Source of the DNA: Convolutriloba macropyga
Taxonomy: Eukaryota
Assembly: GCF_964194025.1 (NCBI RefSeq)
Contig: NC_134468.1
Coordinates: forward strand, 5,828,001 to 5,892,000
Length of the DNA stretch: 64,000 bases
Reading direction: 5' to 3'
In this document: positions 1 to 12,170 of the stretch, piece after piece
How positions within the stretch are numbered: position 1 is the stretch's first letter
Layout of the letters: each line of letters opens with the position of its first letter
Program-made: the position numbers and the translations under genes
The notes under the pieces: generated by a model
What the model saw: the letters and a program-made list of their open reading frames with translations, nothing else
Databases searched by the model: none
What the model was told of the DNA's origin: nothing

Positions 1-2950
1 TCTGCTACGACTTTTGTAGCTGAAAATATATGGAGTAGAAGACTTTTCCATTATCTGTGTTTATACCAGAATAAAAGTTTGAGAGTATCTAGCATCTCTT
101 TTGATAGGTCTAAATCTTTCACCGAGCTGATGTACGGTTTTTTAAGATGATTGTAATGTTCACACCCTTGAGAAATTCAAATAAGGTGTCTTATAATTGA
201 CTACATAAGGTGTCATAGACTAATGTAGTATATCTATCAGTGAGGGGATCACAGATAAAGATTATTGAGTCTCTGGTGAGTTGAGTTCCATAAATTCCTA
301 TCAAACATGAAACAAAAGGAAGTCGAGAGAATTTTGAAGCCCTGTCTGGTAGACGAAAAAAAGGCTATTGCTTTATTATAAAATGATGATGTTTAATTCG
401 TTTTGCTGTATTTAAGAGTAAGTTTTCTTCAACTGGGTTTTGAAAGCGTGACTTTAAAAGGTTTAATAGTGGGTATAAGGTGTTTGTTCTGTTGTGTATG
501 AACGGCTCAGTGGAATGCATTGGAGTTTGCATCCAATTGTGATGATGTTTGGCCAGTGTGACTGCTAATTTTGTTTAGAATTGAGTGTTGTTATTGAAAT
601 TCGTTAATTGGGTTCATTTTTGTCGGGATTGTGGTTCCCTTTTTCTATAATTGTTTTTTTATACGCTAACTACCAAATCAATTCATCTAGCTAAAAGAAA
701 CATCATAGACAGCCCCAAAACTGAATAAGCAAAAAATTGTTTTCCTCACTACAACATTGATAACGTTTGGTAAAGTCGAGAATCAACAAAACTCATAATC
801 ACAGATGGACCAAACATCTCCAACGATAACCAATCTGCGTAACTGAGGACAAATACAGGCATGTCAAAGTTTTTTGAAGCTTTGGATTATGACACAAATC
901 AAGATCATGATGATCTCTATTAAAAGACTGATGTTTGTCTCCTTGATGCAATTGTACTACATCAACAGAGGTTACATTTCTGCTACGACTTTTGTAGCTG
1001 AAAATATATGGAGCAGAAGACTTTTCCAATATCTGTGTTTATACCAGAATAAAAGTTTGAGAGTATCTAGCATCTCTTTTGATAGGTCTAAATCTTTCAC
1101 CGAGCTGATGTACGGTTTTTTAAGATGATTGTAATGTTCACACCCTTGAGAAATTCAAATAAGGTGTCTTATAATTGACTACATAAGGTGTCATAGACTA
1201 ATGTAGTATATCTATCAGTGAGGGGATCACAGATAAAGATTATTGAGTCTCTGGTGAGTTGAGTTCCATAAATTCCTATCAAACATGAAACAAAAGGAAG
1301 TCGAGAGAATTTTGAAGCCCTGTCTGGTAGACGAAAAAAAGGCTATTGCTTTATTATAAAATGATGATGTTTAATTCGTTTTGCTGTATTTAAGAGTAAG
1401 TTTTCTTCAACTGGGTTTTGAAAGCGTGACTTTAAAAGGTTTAATAGTGGGTATAAGGTGTTTGTTCTGTTGTGTATGAACGGCTCAGTGGAATGCATTG
1501 GAGTTTGCATCCAATTGTGATGATGTTTGACTGCTAATTTTGTTTAGAATTGAGTGTTGTTATTGAAATTCGTTAATTGGGTTCATTTTTGTCGGGATTG
1601 TGGTTCCCTTTTTCTATAATTGTTTTTTTATACGCTAACTACCAAATCAATTCATCTAGCTAAAAGAAACATCATAGACAGCCCCAAAACTGAATAAACA
1701 AAAAACTGTTTTCCTCACTAAAACATTGATAACCTTTGCTAAAGTCGAGAATCAACAAAAATTAAAATTACAGATGGACCAACCATCTCCAACGATAACC
1801 AATATGCGTAACTGAGGACAAATACAAGCATGTCAAAGTTTTTTTGAAGCTTTGGATTATGACACAAATCAAGATTATGATGATCTCTATTAAAAGACTG
1901 ATGTGTGTCTCCTTGATGCATTTGTACTACATCAACTGAGGTTATAGTTCTGCTGCGACTTTTGCAGCTGAAAATATATGGAGTGCAAGACTTTTCCAAT
2001 ATCTGTGTATATACCAGAATAAAAGTGTGAGAGTATCTAGCTGCTCTTTTTCTGATAGGTCTACATTTTTTACAGAGCTGAGTCACTTTTTTTAAGATGA
2101 TTGAAATCTTCAATTTCTTGTCTAGCAGTTTTCAGCACGCTTTCTTTCCGCAATTGTATAGCAGCTGTTTTTAGTGTTGATGCTAACCATTTTAAAATTC
2201 AAATGACATTTTTCTGAAAGCACCTGCTCTGTCAAATGGTTGAATTTGAGTGTATACACCGTTGAGAAATTCAAATAAGATGTCTGATAATTGACTACAT
2301 AAGGTGTCATAGACTAATGAAGTATATCTATCAGTGAGGGGATCACAGATAAAGATTATTGTGTCTCTTGTGAGTTGAGTTCCTTAAATTTTTTAAATAT
2401 GAATGGAAGCATATTCGAGAGACTTTTGAAGCCCTGTCGGGTATAGGGAGAAGAGGTTGTTGCTCAATTTTAAATTAGTGGTGTTTAAGTTGTTGTTCTG
2501 TATTTATGAGCACGTTTAGTTCAACTGAGTTATAAAAATGTGTGACTCCAAAAGTTTTGATGTCGGGTGTAAAGCGTTTGTTCTGTTGTGTAAGAACGGG
2601 TGATTGTAATTCATTGGAGTGTGCATCCGATTGTGATGACGTTTGGCCAGTGTTACTGCTAATTTTTTTTTAGCATTGAGTGTTTTTATTAAAATTCAAT
2701 ATTTTGGTTCATTTTTGTTGGGATTGTGGTTTTCTCTTTCTATAAAATTTATTGTTCATACGCTAACTACCAAATCAATTCATCTAGCTAGAAGAAACAT
2801 CATAGAGAGCCCCAAAACTGAATAAGCAAAAATTGCTTTCCTCACTACAACATTGATAACCTTTGGTAAAGTCGAGAATCAACAAAAATCAAAATCACAG
2901 ATGGACGAACCATTTGCAACGACAACCAATCAGTGTCACTGAGGACAAAA
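1..2950. repeat. Tandem array of ~978-bp units (1-978, 979-1948, plus a more diverged, longer third copy to ~2950); begins before the window
   Basis: Position 1 TCTGCTACGACTTTTGTAGCTG recurs at 979 and, diverged, at 1949. Copies 1 and 2 are near-identical; copy 3 has an extra ~150 bp (~2110-2260). Confidence 0.95.
1645..1927 (+). pseudogene. Duplicated PolB fragment inside the 978-bp unit (another copy at ~675-958)
   Basis: Reads ICVTEDKYKHVKVF / EALDYDTNQDYDDLY*KTDVCLLDAF across one frameshift, matching the IxxxDYxHAxxVxxxFxxxxxxDYxDLYLKTDVxLLAD block. Confidence 0.7.
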
Positions 2951-3655
2951 GACTGATCTGTGTCTCCTTGATGCACTTGTACTCCGCGTGCACAAAACTT
3001 AGTGCCAAAGTACGCGTTTGACTGCTGTCGGTATTAAGCGGCATCATAACTATTTGGCGAATCTCAAAACATACAAAACACTTTCTGACAGAGCTTCGGA
3101 CAGAATGAGAAGATGGTGACTTGATTAGGGGACTTTGGCGAAAGGAGTCAATTCTACTTAGATAAGAAGTTTTCAATCGTCAACAAAAAGTTTCTGTCGA
3201 TTTTCAACCCTAGGAGACTTCAAAACCAACGGTAATAACTGAAGTCAACTAAGTTTTTGGGCTCATCATGGAAATTTTTCCATTAACGCAGAACAACTTT
3301 GATTCCTCGGACCTGAAAAAATTTTTTATGAGCCTTTCTGAGTCAAAAGTTTTGTTTTTTCATGACAGTTACAATGAGTACTTTATCAAAGCTAATTTTT
3401 TATACCTCGACGAGCTTCATGACCTGCATTCCAACTTCTAGATTGGTCCAGTGAACTAATAAAATGTCGAGTAAAGCTGGTTCGGCGACTATCAGGAAAT
3501 CTTGATAGCATGACAACTAGACAATGAATTGTACGACAGCAACAAGGTACTTGCAATCTCAAATTCAAGGCGGGAGCAAGCTCACCTCTGGATTTTATTA
3601 TCTCAAACTGAAATTTTCCTACCTTCATCAAACTCACGGTGTTATTTATGAATTA
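2775..3655 (+). pseudogene. Decayed Polinton/Maverick (adintovirus-like) family B DNA polymerase fragment
   Basis: Manual translation across stops/frameshifts gives, in the expected order: KTDLCLLDA, KYAFDCCRY, DFQP*ETSKPTVITEVN*VFGLIME, EYFIKANFLYLDELHDLHSNF*IGP (from 3376), SWFGDYQ, FYYLKLKFSYLHQTHGVI. These parallel the recalled consensus blocks LYLKTDVxLLAD, YxLDPxxY, DPxKPSxYIxYLDANNLYGxAM, GYILEVDLEYPxELHDLHNDYPLAP, LSPYQ, FYLxLGxxLxKIHRVL. Confidence 0.72.
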
Positions 3656-5191
3656 CGCTGACGAAACAAAGGAACAACAGCAAAAAATATGATAAATGAT
3701 GACGGCGAATTATCGGTACAGAACACTGTAAAATATTTAGGTAATAAAAACAATTTACGTACAATGTTTGCGAAACAAGCAGCAAAGAGTCTTACTAAGG
3801 ACGCGGAGAGGAACTGACTTCTGAGCAGAAAGTTGCCCAAATCAAGACTCAGTTATCTATCTACTTTGGTTCGAAAAAAAGTAATTTTGCAGATACTACC
3901 ATAAACGCCTTTTTTAAAGTTAACATTAAAACATTCCCATTCAGTGAACAAGCGTTATACATGAGGAAGTGTTTCCTGAAATTATGACACAAGATCCAGC
4001 CTTCTCTAACGGTGAAACAAAAACAATAACTCTGCACACAATGCAATGTGGAGCCTGATTACCACCTGATCCTTGCTTTGAACAGAGACCTTACGGTTTA
4101 TTGTCACAAGGTGCAAGACATAGTTGGCTTCCAAAACTTGATCAAGAGGAGGCAAGCATGATCTAGAAGTTCTTTTTTATAGAGGATCAAGCTATAGAGA
4201 CGTGAGTCCGGTTTCACTAACCGAGATTTATATCAACTCATCTTCCAAAAATTCTACCCAAGAACAAAGACAAGAAAAAACAAGAAGGAAATGAGAAAAG
4301 GAGTAAGAAAAAACTCTGAAATTGAACTCTGATGTTGAGCGATTGCGATAACATTAACCTCGGAAAGCGATGACGACTAATACATCAAATCATAAAGTAA
4401 AGTATTAGCTCAATGTATTACGGCTCAGCTGGATTGTAAAAAAATCCAGCTGCCTTTGAAAACATTGATAAAGATGTACTACAGAGGTTAGCTTAAGGCT
4501 CTACCTGCTAATGCATTTTTAACCATTTCGAAGGATTCCCACGAGTAGAATGATTTTCCTCTCTACATTTTACACTCCAGGTCTCTCAAGCGGCAGGTAC
4601 CTCTGACGAAAATTTACCATGCTCATGCCACAAATTTTTGGTTTATTAGTGATCAAATCAAAAATAGTCACCATTTTACGCCACTGAATTCAACAACACC
4701 GCATCTTTTTTAAAACAGGTTTAATATTCATTATTAGGCTCATTCAATAACCAAAACAAAAAAAAATTTCCATCCGCATTTGGTACGAAAACTATAATTC
4801 TGGCAAATATAGCTCGCTTTTTTTACTAGTCAATATCTGCTGGCCCGGAGGAAATTGCTCCTTGCAATGGATGTTGGTGAACGAATACACAAACAACTGA
4901 ACCGGACGACGTGCATTCGACCATGGGCCGTAAGAAATTCTACCTTTCGATGAGGTCATGAAGTTTTTTCGACTACAATCAAGTTTACACCCTTATCTGT
5001 TCAAAGAACATCTGGCGTGTCAGTACCTGAATTGAGCCCACGGTAGTCAGAATTGTAACGAGAAGTTTCTGACTGTTCTCGGTAGTCCAAAAACCGCTAA
5101 CCTAAGATGGGTGAAAATAAACCACCCTGGTACCTTATAAAATGAGGAGTGTAAGAAAAAAATCCGAACCATAAGCTTTTGAATGGCTGCC

Positions 5192-5263
5192 GCAGATAGG
5201 AACTACTACAACTGACACATTTTGACTGCAGATAGGAACTACTACAACTGACACATTTTGACT
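5192..5263. repeat. 36-bp direct tandem duplication
   Basis: GCAGATAGGAACTACTACAACTGACACATTTTGACT occurs twice in tandem. Confidence 0.9.
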
Positions 5264-6692
5264 AGAACGCAACGAGAAACGTATTTTAAGATGGCATAAC
5301 GGTTTTCTACTTTTGAGCATAAGTTACCATTGGCACGGCGGTGGTTTTCTAAAATAGCATGGCGCAAGAACAGTTTAAGAAGCTCTAACAAATCAGATAT
5401 TTCACGTTAAATTCATGCTCGACTAGCTGATCGACATAACCGGACCACTTGGTGATGAGAACATTAGGCCTAAGAGAAATTGAAAACGAAACGATGCAGA
5501 TATTCAACATAGCAGGTTTGCTATTGAATCTTTCAGTTTTTATACACTCTTCCTGAGAGAGATAATGGAAATGAGGCTTAGCATTTTCAACCTCAGCATT
5601 GTTAGTTATGTTGTCATCGCCGGTGCCGTAACTTTTGTTAAATTGTAAGGAAAAGAGAAGTTTCTAAGTTAAAACCATTTCAATTATCAAACGATTTACT
5701 TGAATTATATTATTACTTAGTGGTTTCAATGAAGATGGCGTAAATTTGATGTCATTTTCCCTGCTAACAACGTCGAAATTGATATTATTGACGTCATAAG
5801 TATTTGAATTAAGAGGTTAAGTTTTAGTTCTCAAGAAGTCAAGAAAAATCAACCAGTTATTAGACTGCAAAACGATGGAAAAACCAGGTGTTCAAGTATC
5901 TGCAAGATCATTGTAAGTAAAGACAATCCACTGGCTGACAACGGTGTGTTTCACGATATCACTCACAGGATTTGCAAATAATATTTGGTTTTTACTGTCT
6001 GGGTGGAGCCATTGCGAGTCAATAGCACTGTATGTTGATATGAAAATATTGTCTACGATTTGAGAGCTATCACCGAGCGTGTGGAGTTCCCGAAAGCTAA
6101 CTCCTTGGTATAATCATCTTAAACAACTGGGGCAGTTAAAAATACCAAACAAAGAACCCATCAATGAGTTTTTAGAAAACTCGACCCGTTGAGGGTCTCT
6201 TCCGATAACTTCAATGAATCTAATTAATCGTCCATGTAAAAATTGTCATTTTTTGTGGGTTGCAGATAATTTCAAGAAAAGGGTCAACCTGTTGCTGTTA
6301 ATGACGTCCGTTATCGTTCTAAAAAATTACTACTTGTTGAATATTTATGGGGCTCAGTTCAGTAAACTAAATTCACAAACTCTGGATACGATCATAGAAA
6401 ATCAAGTTCAAAAGTCCTTCTCATGATTTCGTGTGGTTTGAAATAAAACAATCCCACTGTTTTGTACGCTTCAAAAATGAGCACATTGACGATATAAAAG
6501 AAAAAAGTGTAAGAGCTTTCGTCGTTTTTGTCTAACTAAAACCAAACATACCAACAATTTAAAAATGACAATTTCTGGACTAGAGTTAACCCATGATGAT
6601 ATCAAGACTTGTACATGACCAACAGTTATCTTGCAAGATCTTGCAGGACAAAGACCTATGTTGGCCTAATTTCTCATTGTTTTTTTTTTTAG

Positions 6693-7030
6693 TTTTCGGT
6701 GGGGTCACTGTCAGTTCTGCTCAATGCTTATATTGTTGGAATCTTCTTATTTTACCCCGAGTTCCGCAAGGTTGAATTCTATCCACTAGCTTTGAACTCG
6801 TTTGTTGACATTTTCGGATGCGGAATAATAGTGATGATATCCGACTTATTCACGCTGGGTTTTTCGTGGAACTACGACATAATGGACTATGCGTACAACG
6901 GAAAGTTCATCCGAAAAATTGGAGAGTTATACGAAAACAACATCCTTTACCAGTGTTCATTTCATCATTTGCGTCTGCTTCTGACCCAATATTGCACAGG
7001 ACCATGTGTCCTTTTCCTGGCTTTTGACAG
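6693..7030 (+). CDS. Class A GPCR, coding exon for TM1-TM3 (5' end uncertain, possibly pseudogenised)
   Basis: FSVGSLSVLLNAYIV (TM1 Asn), LALNSFVDIFGC (TM2 Asp), YQCSF (TM3 Cys). Ends LFLAFD-AG|gttagg, donor at 7031. Confidence 0.85.
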
Positions 7031-7169
7031 GTTAGGCTTTTGACAACAATGCAAAAAATAAATGAACAATAAAAACAATGCCTCATGTTGACACCCCCTT
7101 TGAAAACTTTCTAAGACTAATAAGGTACCTTAGTATAAACATGAACCAATTGTCTGGGTATTTTTTGTT

Positions 7170-7368
7170 TGATAAGTTGTGTATTGATGTGAGAGAGAGA
7201 AGTAATTATCAATGTTTCAATTGGCGGCAAGATTTGTTACAAATCAGTCGGTTTATATAGCATTATGTTCCCGCAATCATAGCTTAATGGTTGTGACATT
7301 CTCAACTCGAACTGTAACTTTTAAATCAAAAATCGGAAAGTATCGGAAGTCATTCTTGACTTCCTTCA
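7170..7368 (-). repeat. 3' LTR (199 bp)
   Basis: TGATAAG...CCTTCA, near-identical to 12171-12371. Confidence 0.95.
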
Positions 7369-7379
7369 CCCCTCCTTTC
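7369..7379 (-). promoter_or_regulatory. Polypurine tract
   Basis: Minus strand GAAAGGAGGGG directly abuts the 3' LTR. Confidence 0.9.
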
Positions 7380-7394
7380 GGGTTGGGTGTCACC

Positions 7395-10290
7395 TAAGAG
7401 AGCCGCGCAAAACTTAGCGTGTTTTGTTTTCCCTAACCCCTTGGTGAGGACATCTGCAATCATGAGGTCAGTTTGCAAGTATTTCAATTCTAGCTCTCCC
7501 CTTTATACAAGCTCCCTTATGAAATGAAGTTTAAGTGCAAAGTGTTTTGTTTTTCCATAGTGAGTGGACTGCTTGCTGAGCGCTATGCATGCCTGGTTGT
7601 CAACGAAAATCTCAATAGGTTTTTGCACCTTAACGCTTAAGTCCTGAAGCAGATCTCACAACTGAATGGCCTCCTTTGTTGCCTCTACTAAGGAATTCAA
7701 TTCGGCTTCTGCCGTTGATGTATCAACACATCTTTGAACCTTTGTTGACCAGCTGACAACGGCTGAGCTACTACTAAGTTTGAAACAATATCCTGAAGTG
7801 CTTTCCCACCCAATCGGCATCGGAGAAACACTTTAAGGTTAACTTGTCTCCCCTCCTAAAAACTAAACTCTTTGACTTAGAACCTTTGAGGTATCTCAAA
7901 ACTCTTTTTCCGGCTTTCCAGTGCTTTTCCCCTGGGTTCTCAACAAACGAACTTAAGAAATTTGCTGCAAAAGCAATGTCTGGTCTACTTGGGCAAGCTA
8001 AATAATTCAAGCAACCCACTAAATTTCTAAAATCAAAATTTTTCATGCGCTCTTGCTCTTTACTCCCCTCCTGAGGGCAGTCTTCTTTTGTTAGTTTTAT
8101 TTATGCAAGTGGTGTCTCTACTGATTTTAAATTTTTTAGTCCAAATCTCTCTAACGGCTTTTCAATATACTGTTCTTGGTTGATTTCAGTTGAATTTTTT
8201 CTTTTTCACAATTTTCATTCCAAGAAACCAACAAAGATCCCTACAATCACTTATTTTGAAATTCTTAGACAGCTCACTCTCGCACCAAGATGAGAAGTTT
8301 TCCCGAAATTCACAGTTTATTATATCATCTACCCACAAACGAACTGCGCCTTGAAGTTGTCTTTCACTTTTCTTTATGAACAAACAATTATCATGAACCG
8401 AAGATTCAAAACCTTTAGCTACCAAAAAGTTCCTAAATGTCCGATACCAATATCTTCCTTACTGCTTAAGAACGCAAGACTTTTCTTCATTAAACAAATA
8501 AGAGGTTTTCCTTTGTCGTCTAATTGCTCAAAACCTTCTGGTTGTTTCATGTAAATTTCTTCAGCTATAGGTGCATTAAGATATGCCGTTTTTATATCCA
8601 TTTGCCTTATTTTCGACCCTTTTTGAACAGACAAGCTCACAATTAAACGAATTGTTGACAACCTAGTCGTTGGTGAGTATGTGTCATGAAAATCCTTCCC
8701 TAAGACTTGACTGTAACCTTTGGCCACGAAACTTGCTTTGAATCTACTTATCTCCCCCGTCGGACCATATATAACTCCAAAATGCCATCTACTACCCACT
8801 ACTTTTGCTCCATTATCCTCAACTAGATCCCAAACTTTGTTTTCGCTCAGTGAGTCATATTCGTCCTGCATTGCCTTCCTCCAGTTTTCATTCTTGAGCG
8901 CCTCTTTTGCGTTTTTAGGTAACAAATTTTGATCAACAATTTCACTTAAAAAACTATTTCACTCATCTCTTTGTTTACTTCATGTTCTAGCATTGCCTGT
9001 TCATTAACTCCGAAGTAATAGTTGTTCTCGTCGAACCTTGCATTCCTTGTTTTCTGAACCTTAAGCTCACCGCGATCGTTTTCTATTCCTATTAGAAAAG
9101 ATCTACTATCGAGTGCATGACCTAAGAAAATTCCCTTTTTCGCTTTTCTGTCTATTTTGTTTCTGAACTGTTTCTCTATGAAAGGGTAAGCAACACAACC
9201 GAACTCTTTCATGAAACTAAGATTTGGTTTCTCACCATACATGGCTTCGTGAGGGGTTTTCTTTATTGCCGAATGATAGAAAAAGTTTTTCAAATAGAAC
9301 GCCATGTTGGGCGATTAAGTTCAATACTTTTTCTCTAAAGAAGCCTGATCTCCTAAACATCTTCCTACATCAGTTCCTACAGTGACGTCCCAAAGTTTTT
9401 CAATTTTACCATTTTCTTGTGGCGTGTATGCCGCAGAATTCTCAAGCCTGATTCCTTTTAGCCGGGCAAACTTTTTAAAGTCGCTAGATATGTACTCTTC
9501 TGCACCGTCTGATACTAAAGTTAAAGGTTGGCCAACATCTGCAAAAAATTGTTGAAATTTCTCTAGAGTCTCGTCCCTTGACTTCATAACGTAAACCCTA
9601 CAATATCTACTGAAGCTGTCAACAAAACCCATCGCGTACTTGTGGCCATCTACAGCCTCGGGGGGTAATGGGCCCTAAGATGTCTGTGTGCACAATGTCC
9701 AACCTTGCATGTGCTCTTGTTGTGCAATCTTTTGCTGTTGGTTGTTTCTCAGCTTTATTCAACTCGCAAATCTCACATCTACCGCACTGTCGCTGATACG
9801 CATTCCTTCAACGTGTTCAACTAGTTTGCTAAGGTCCGTAAAATTGCTATGACCCAATCTTTTGTGCCACATTTTTAAGCTACTGGACAGTAGGCAGTTT
9901 TACTTGCAATTTTTATCAATCTCACTAAAGTCCCAAATGAACAAAATTTTCTCCTGCCTAATTGGGTACTCAACTCCGCTTTTGTCAATAATGCTTAGCT
10001 CTGGTCCTATCAAAACTTCAGCTCCTGCTTCTCTAAGTTTACTAATTGACACTAGACTGTGTGAGTTTTCAGGTATAAACAAGGCGTTCTCTAAGATAAT
10101 TTTTCTATTAACCTGATTACTATCCTTAACTAAAAATGCAACTGTACCTCGGCCACAAATCTCAGACTCTGTTTTGTTTGCGTTCTGTACTTTGCCCGAG
10201 AAACTATCATTGATATCGATAAATATTTCCCTGTTGTTTATCATGTGACTTTTTGCCCCCGAATCTAGCACTAGTCCTACTCCCTCATCA
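7395..10290 (-). pseudogene. pol: Copia pol (protease, pre-integrase, integrase, RT, RNase H) broken into several ORFs
   Basis: LDSGAKSHM (PR); WHKRLGH near 9850-9870; FVDSFSRY...SDGAEEY...TPQENG (INT); WRKAMQDEY, FVAKGYSQ, QMDIKTAYLN, LWVDDI (RT); SRPDIAFA, FSDADW (RH). Confidence 0.93.
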
Positions 10291-10333
10291 TCAACTGGGC
10301 ATAAAAAGAAACTGAAGTATTCTTCATCTTTTG

Positions 10334-11203
10334 CTAAAATCTGTTCTCATTTCTAACGCTCTGCCTGGCATGACTCTCAAAATTTTTATTCCTACACTCT
10401 GTAGCTATGTGTCCAAACTTATTGCAATTGTAGTCTTGAATTACTTTGCTGGTATTAGGCTGCGGGTTATGAGGCTTCCGGTTATTAGTTGAGCGACAGA
10501 GTTTTGCAATATGTCCTATCTTATTACAGTTATGGCACCTCTTCTGCTTTGTTAGGAAGACACTTTCACTTGCGTTTTTCCTATCATTCTCTATTCTTCG
10601 CTCAGTGTCGAAGTTGATCAGATCTCGCTTCAACTCATCAATTAATTTATCTTCACTACCGTACTTAACATGTGCGACAAAATTATCAAATTCGTTCGGC
10701 AGACCTTTCAGTAGAATTGATGTACACATTTTTTCACTCAAACCCTCGTCGATTTGGTTAAGGTTATATTGTAGTTCCTCTGCTCTTGTTATGTACTCGA
10801 TTAGACTTTCGTCGTCCCTTTCAACAAGGCTAGTGAGTTCGGTGACTAATTGTTGCAATCTAGGTCTCTCAAAGCTACGGAATCTCTTAGTTAACACAAC
10901 CCATGCTTGCACCCCATCTCTTTTATATGGCCCAAGATAAAGAACTGACTGCTTGTCCAACGCAGAAACAAGCTCACACCAAATTTGCATTTGTTTTTCT
11001 TTAAAAATTTCTCTCCCTTTATCTATAGCTGCGGCTCGTGAAGCGTTAGGGCGTGCAGATGGGACATAATCTTCAAATGTACTACTACCATCAAGTACAT
11101 TGTACAACTTAAGGACAAAAATACGAGCTTCAAATTGCTCCGAAAAGTACAAAAAGTCTTCTTCTTTCCCGCTGAATTGGACCCGTTCGTTCTTATCACT
11201 CAT
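10334..11203 (-). CDS. gag: Copia gag with two CCHC zinc knuckles (second degenerate)
   Basis: 289-aa ORF; ILLKGLP; CHNCNKIGHIAKLC and DYNCNKFGHIATEC. Confidence 0.9.
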   Translation of the reverse strand: MSDKNERVQFSGKEEDFLYFSEQFEARIFVLKLYNVLDGSSTFEDYVPSARPNASRAAAIDKGREIFKEKQMQIWCELVSALDKQSVLYLGPYKRDGVQAWVVLTKRFRSFERPRLQQLVTELTSLVERDDESLIEYITRAEELQYNLNQIDEGLSEKMCTSILLKGLPNEFDNFVAHVKYGSEDKLIDELKRDLINFDTERRIENDRKNASESVFLTKQKRCHNCNKIGHIAKLCRSTNNRKPHNPQPNTSKVIQDYNCNKFGHIATECRNKNFESHARQSVRNENRF

Positions 11204-12154
11204 CTCTTGTCTAACCAGTCTATCAATTCAAAGCAAAAATTAGTCTCTCTAATCAATTTATCAATTCAACACTTTTTCACTCGTTACTTTCATACAAAAA
11301 CCAACTCTTTGGAGAACTAGGATTAAAAGGTCGGCAAACAAAAGGTCCTACACGCACACACTACCCTCTTGTCTATGTCATTACTGGTCACTGAGAAAAG
11401 GCCAGGCCACGTCCTTACAGGGTTCGACTGTAAAAGAATCCTCTAGGTCGGGTGTTATCCTTAGCGGAACCCAGGTTGCAATAACTTCACAGACTCAAGG
11501 GCAGTCTCTACATGTATCGCCCCTTATTAGCATGATTATTTCTCCAAATTTATTATCATTTTTTAATCAAAATCAACCATATTTGTAGAGTGTTTAAGTT
11601 TTGCGCTGCTCTACAGGTTTATTACAATGTTTTAAAATCAAAATCTGAACGATGGTCAGCAAATCAACGCTTTTTCAAAAATTTAACGGTGTTCGATTAG
11701 GTTGCGCTTTTTCAAAAAAAAATGTCCGAACGGTATCCGGAAATGCACGCGCGTCACAACCAAAAAGCTACCTTTTAGGAAAGTAGCTTTTTACAAATTT
11801 AGAACAATTATTGTTTTCAATCTTGGTTTGGCACTTTGTCGGCACTCAAACAGACTCCTTCAAAACTAGGGTCTGGAACTTCACCCTGCTGATCCTTGCT
11901 AGCTACTCTTTTCGGACTCTTTGCTCTCTCTTTTGCTCTCTCTTTTTGGCTTTGATCTCTCTTTTTGCTCTCTTTTTGCTCTCTTTTTGCTCTCTTTTTG
12001 CTCTCTTTCTGGACTCTCCTTTGCTCTGTCGTTTTGGCTTTCGTCTCTTTGTCCCTTTCTGGTCTCTTTGGCAGTATCTTGTCCCTTTGCTGTTTTGTCT
12101 CTGTTTTTGTTTGACCGCCTTGCAGAAAAATTTTTGCGTGCAGCTGTGCGTTTG

Positions 12155-12170
12155 GCTCGGCACAGTAACC
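12155..12170 (-). promoter_or_regulatory. Primer-binding site, copia/Ty5 half-tRNA type (degenerate)
   Basis: Minus strand GGTTACTGTGCCGAGC follows the 5' LTR and resembles GGTTATGGGCCCAGC (complement of the tRNAiMet anticodon region). No TGG start. Confidence 0.6.

Noticed and set aside
3200-4380. LINE/L1 reverse transcriptase remnant (KFLG, KYLG and CTQC...HL motifs)
   Set aside because: The motifs are short and not collinear with an RT; 2775-3655 is far better explained by PolB blocks.
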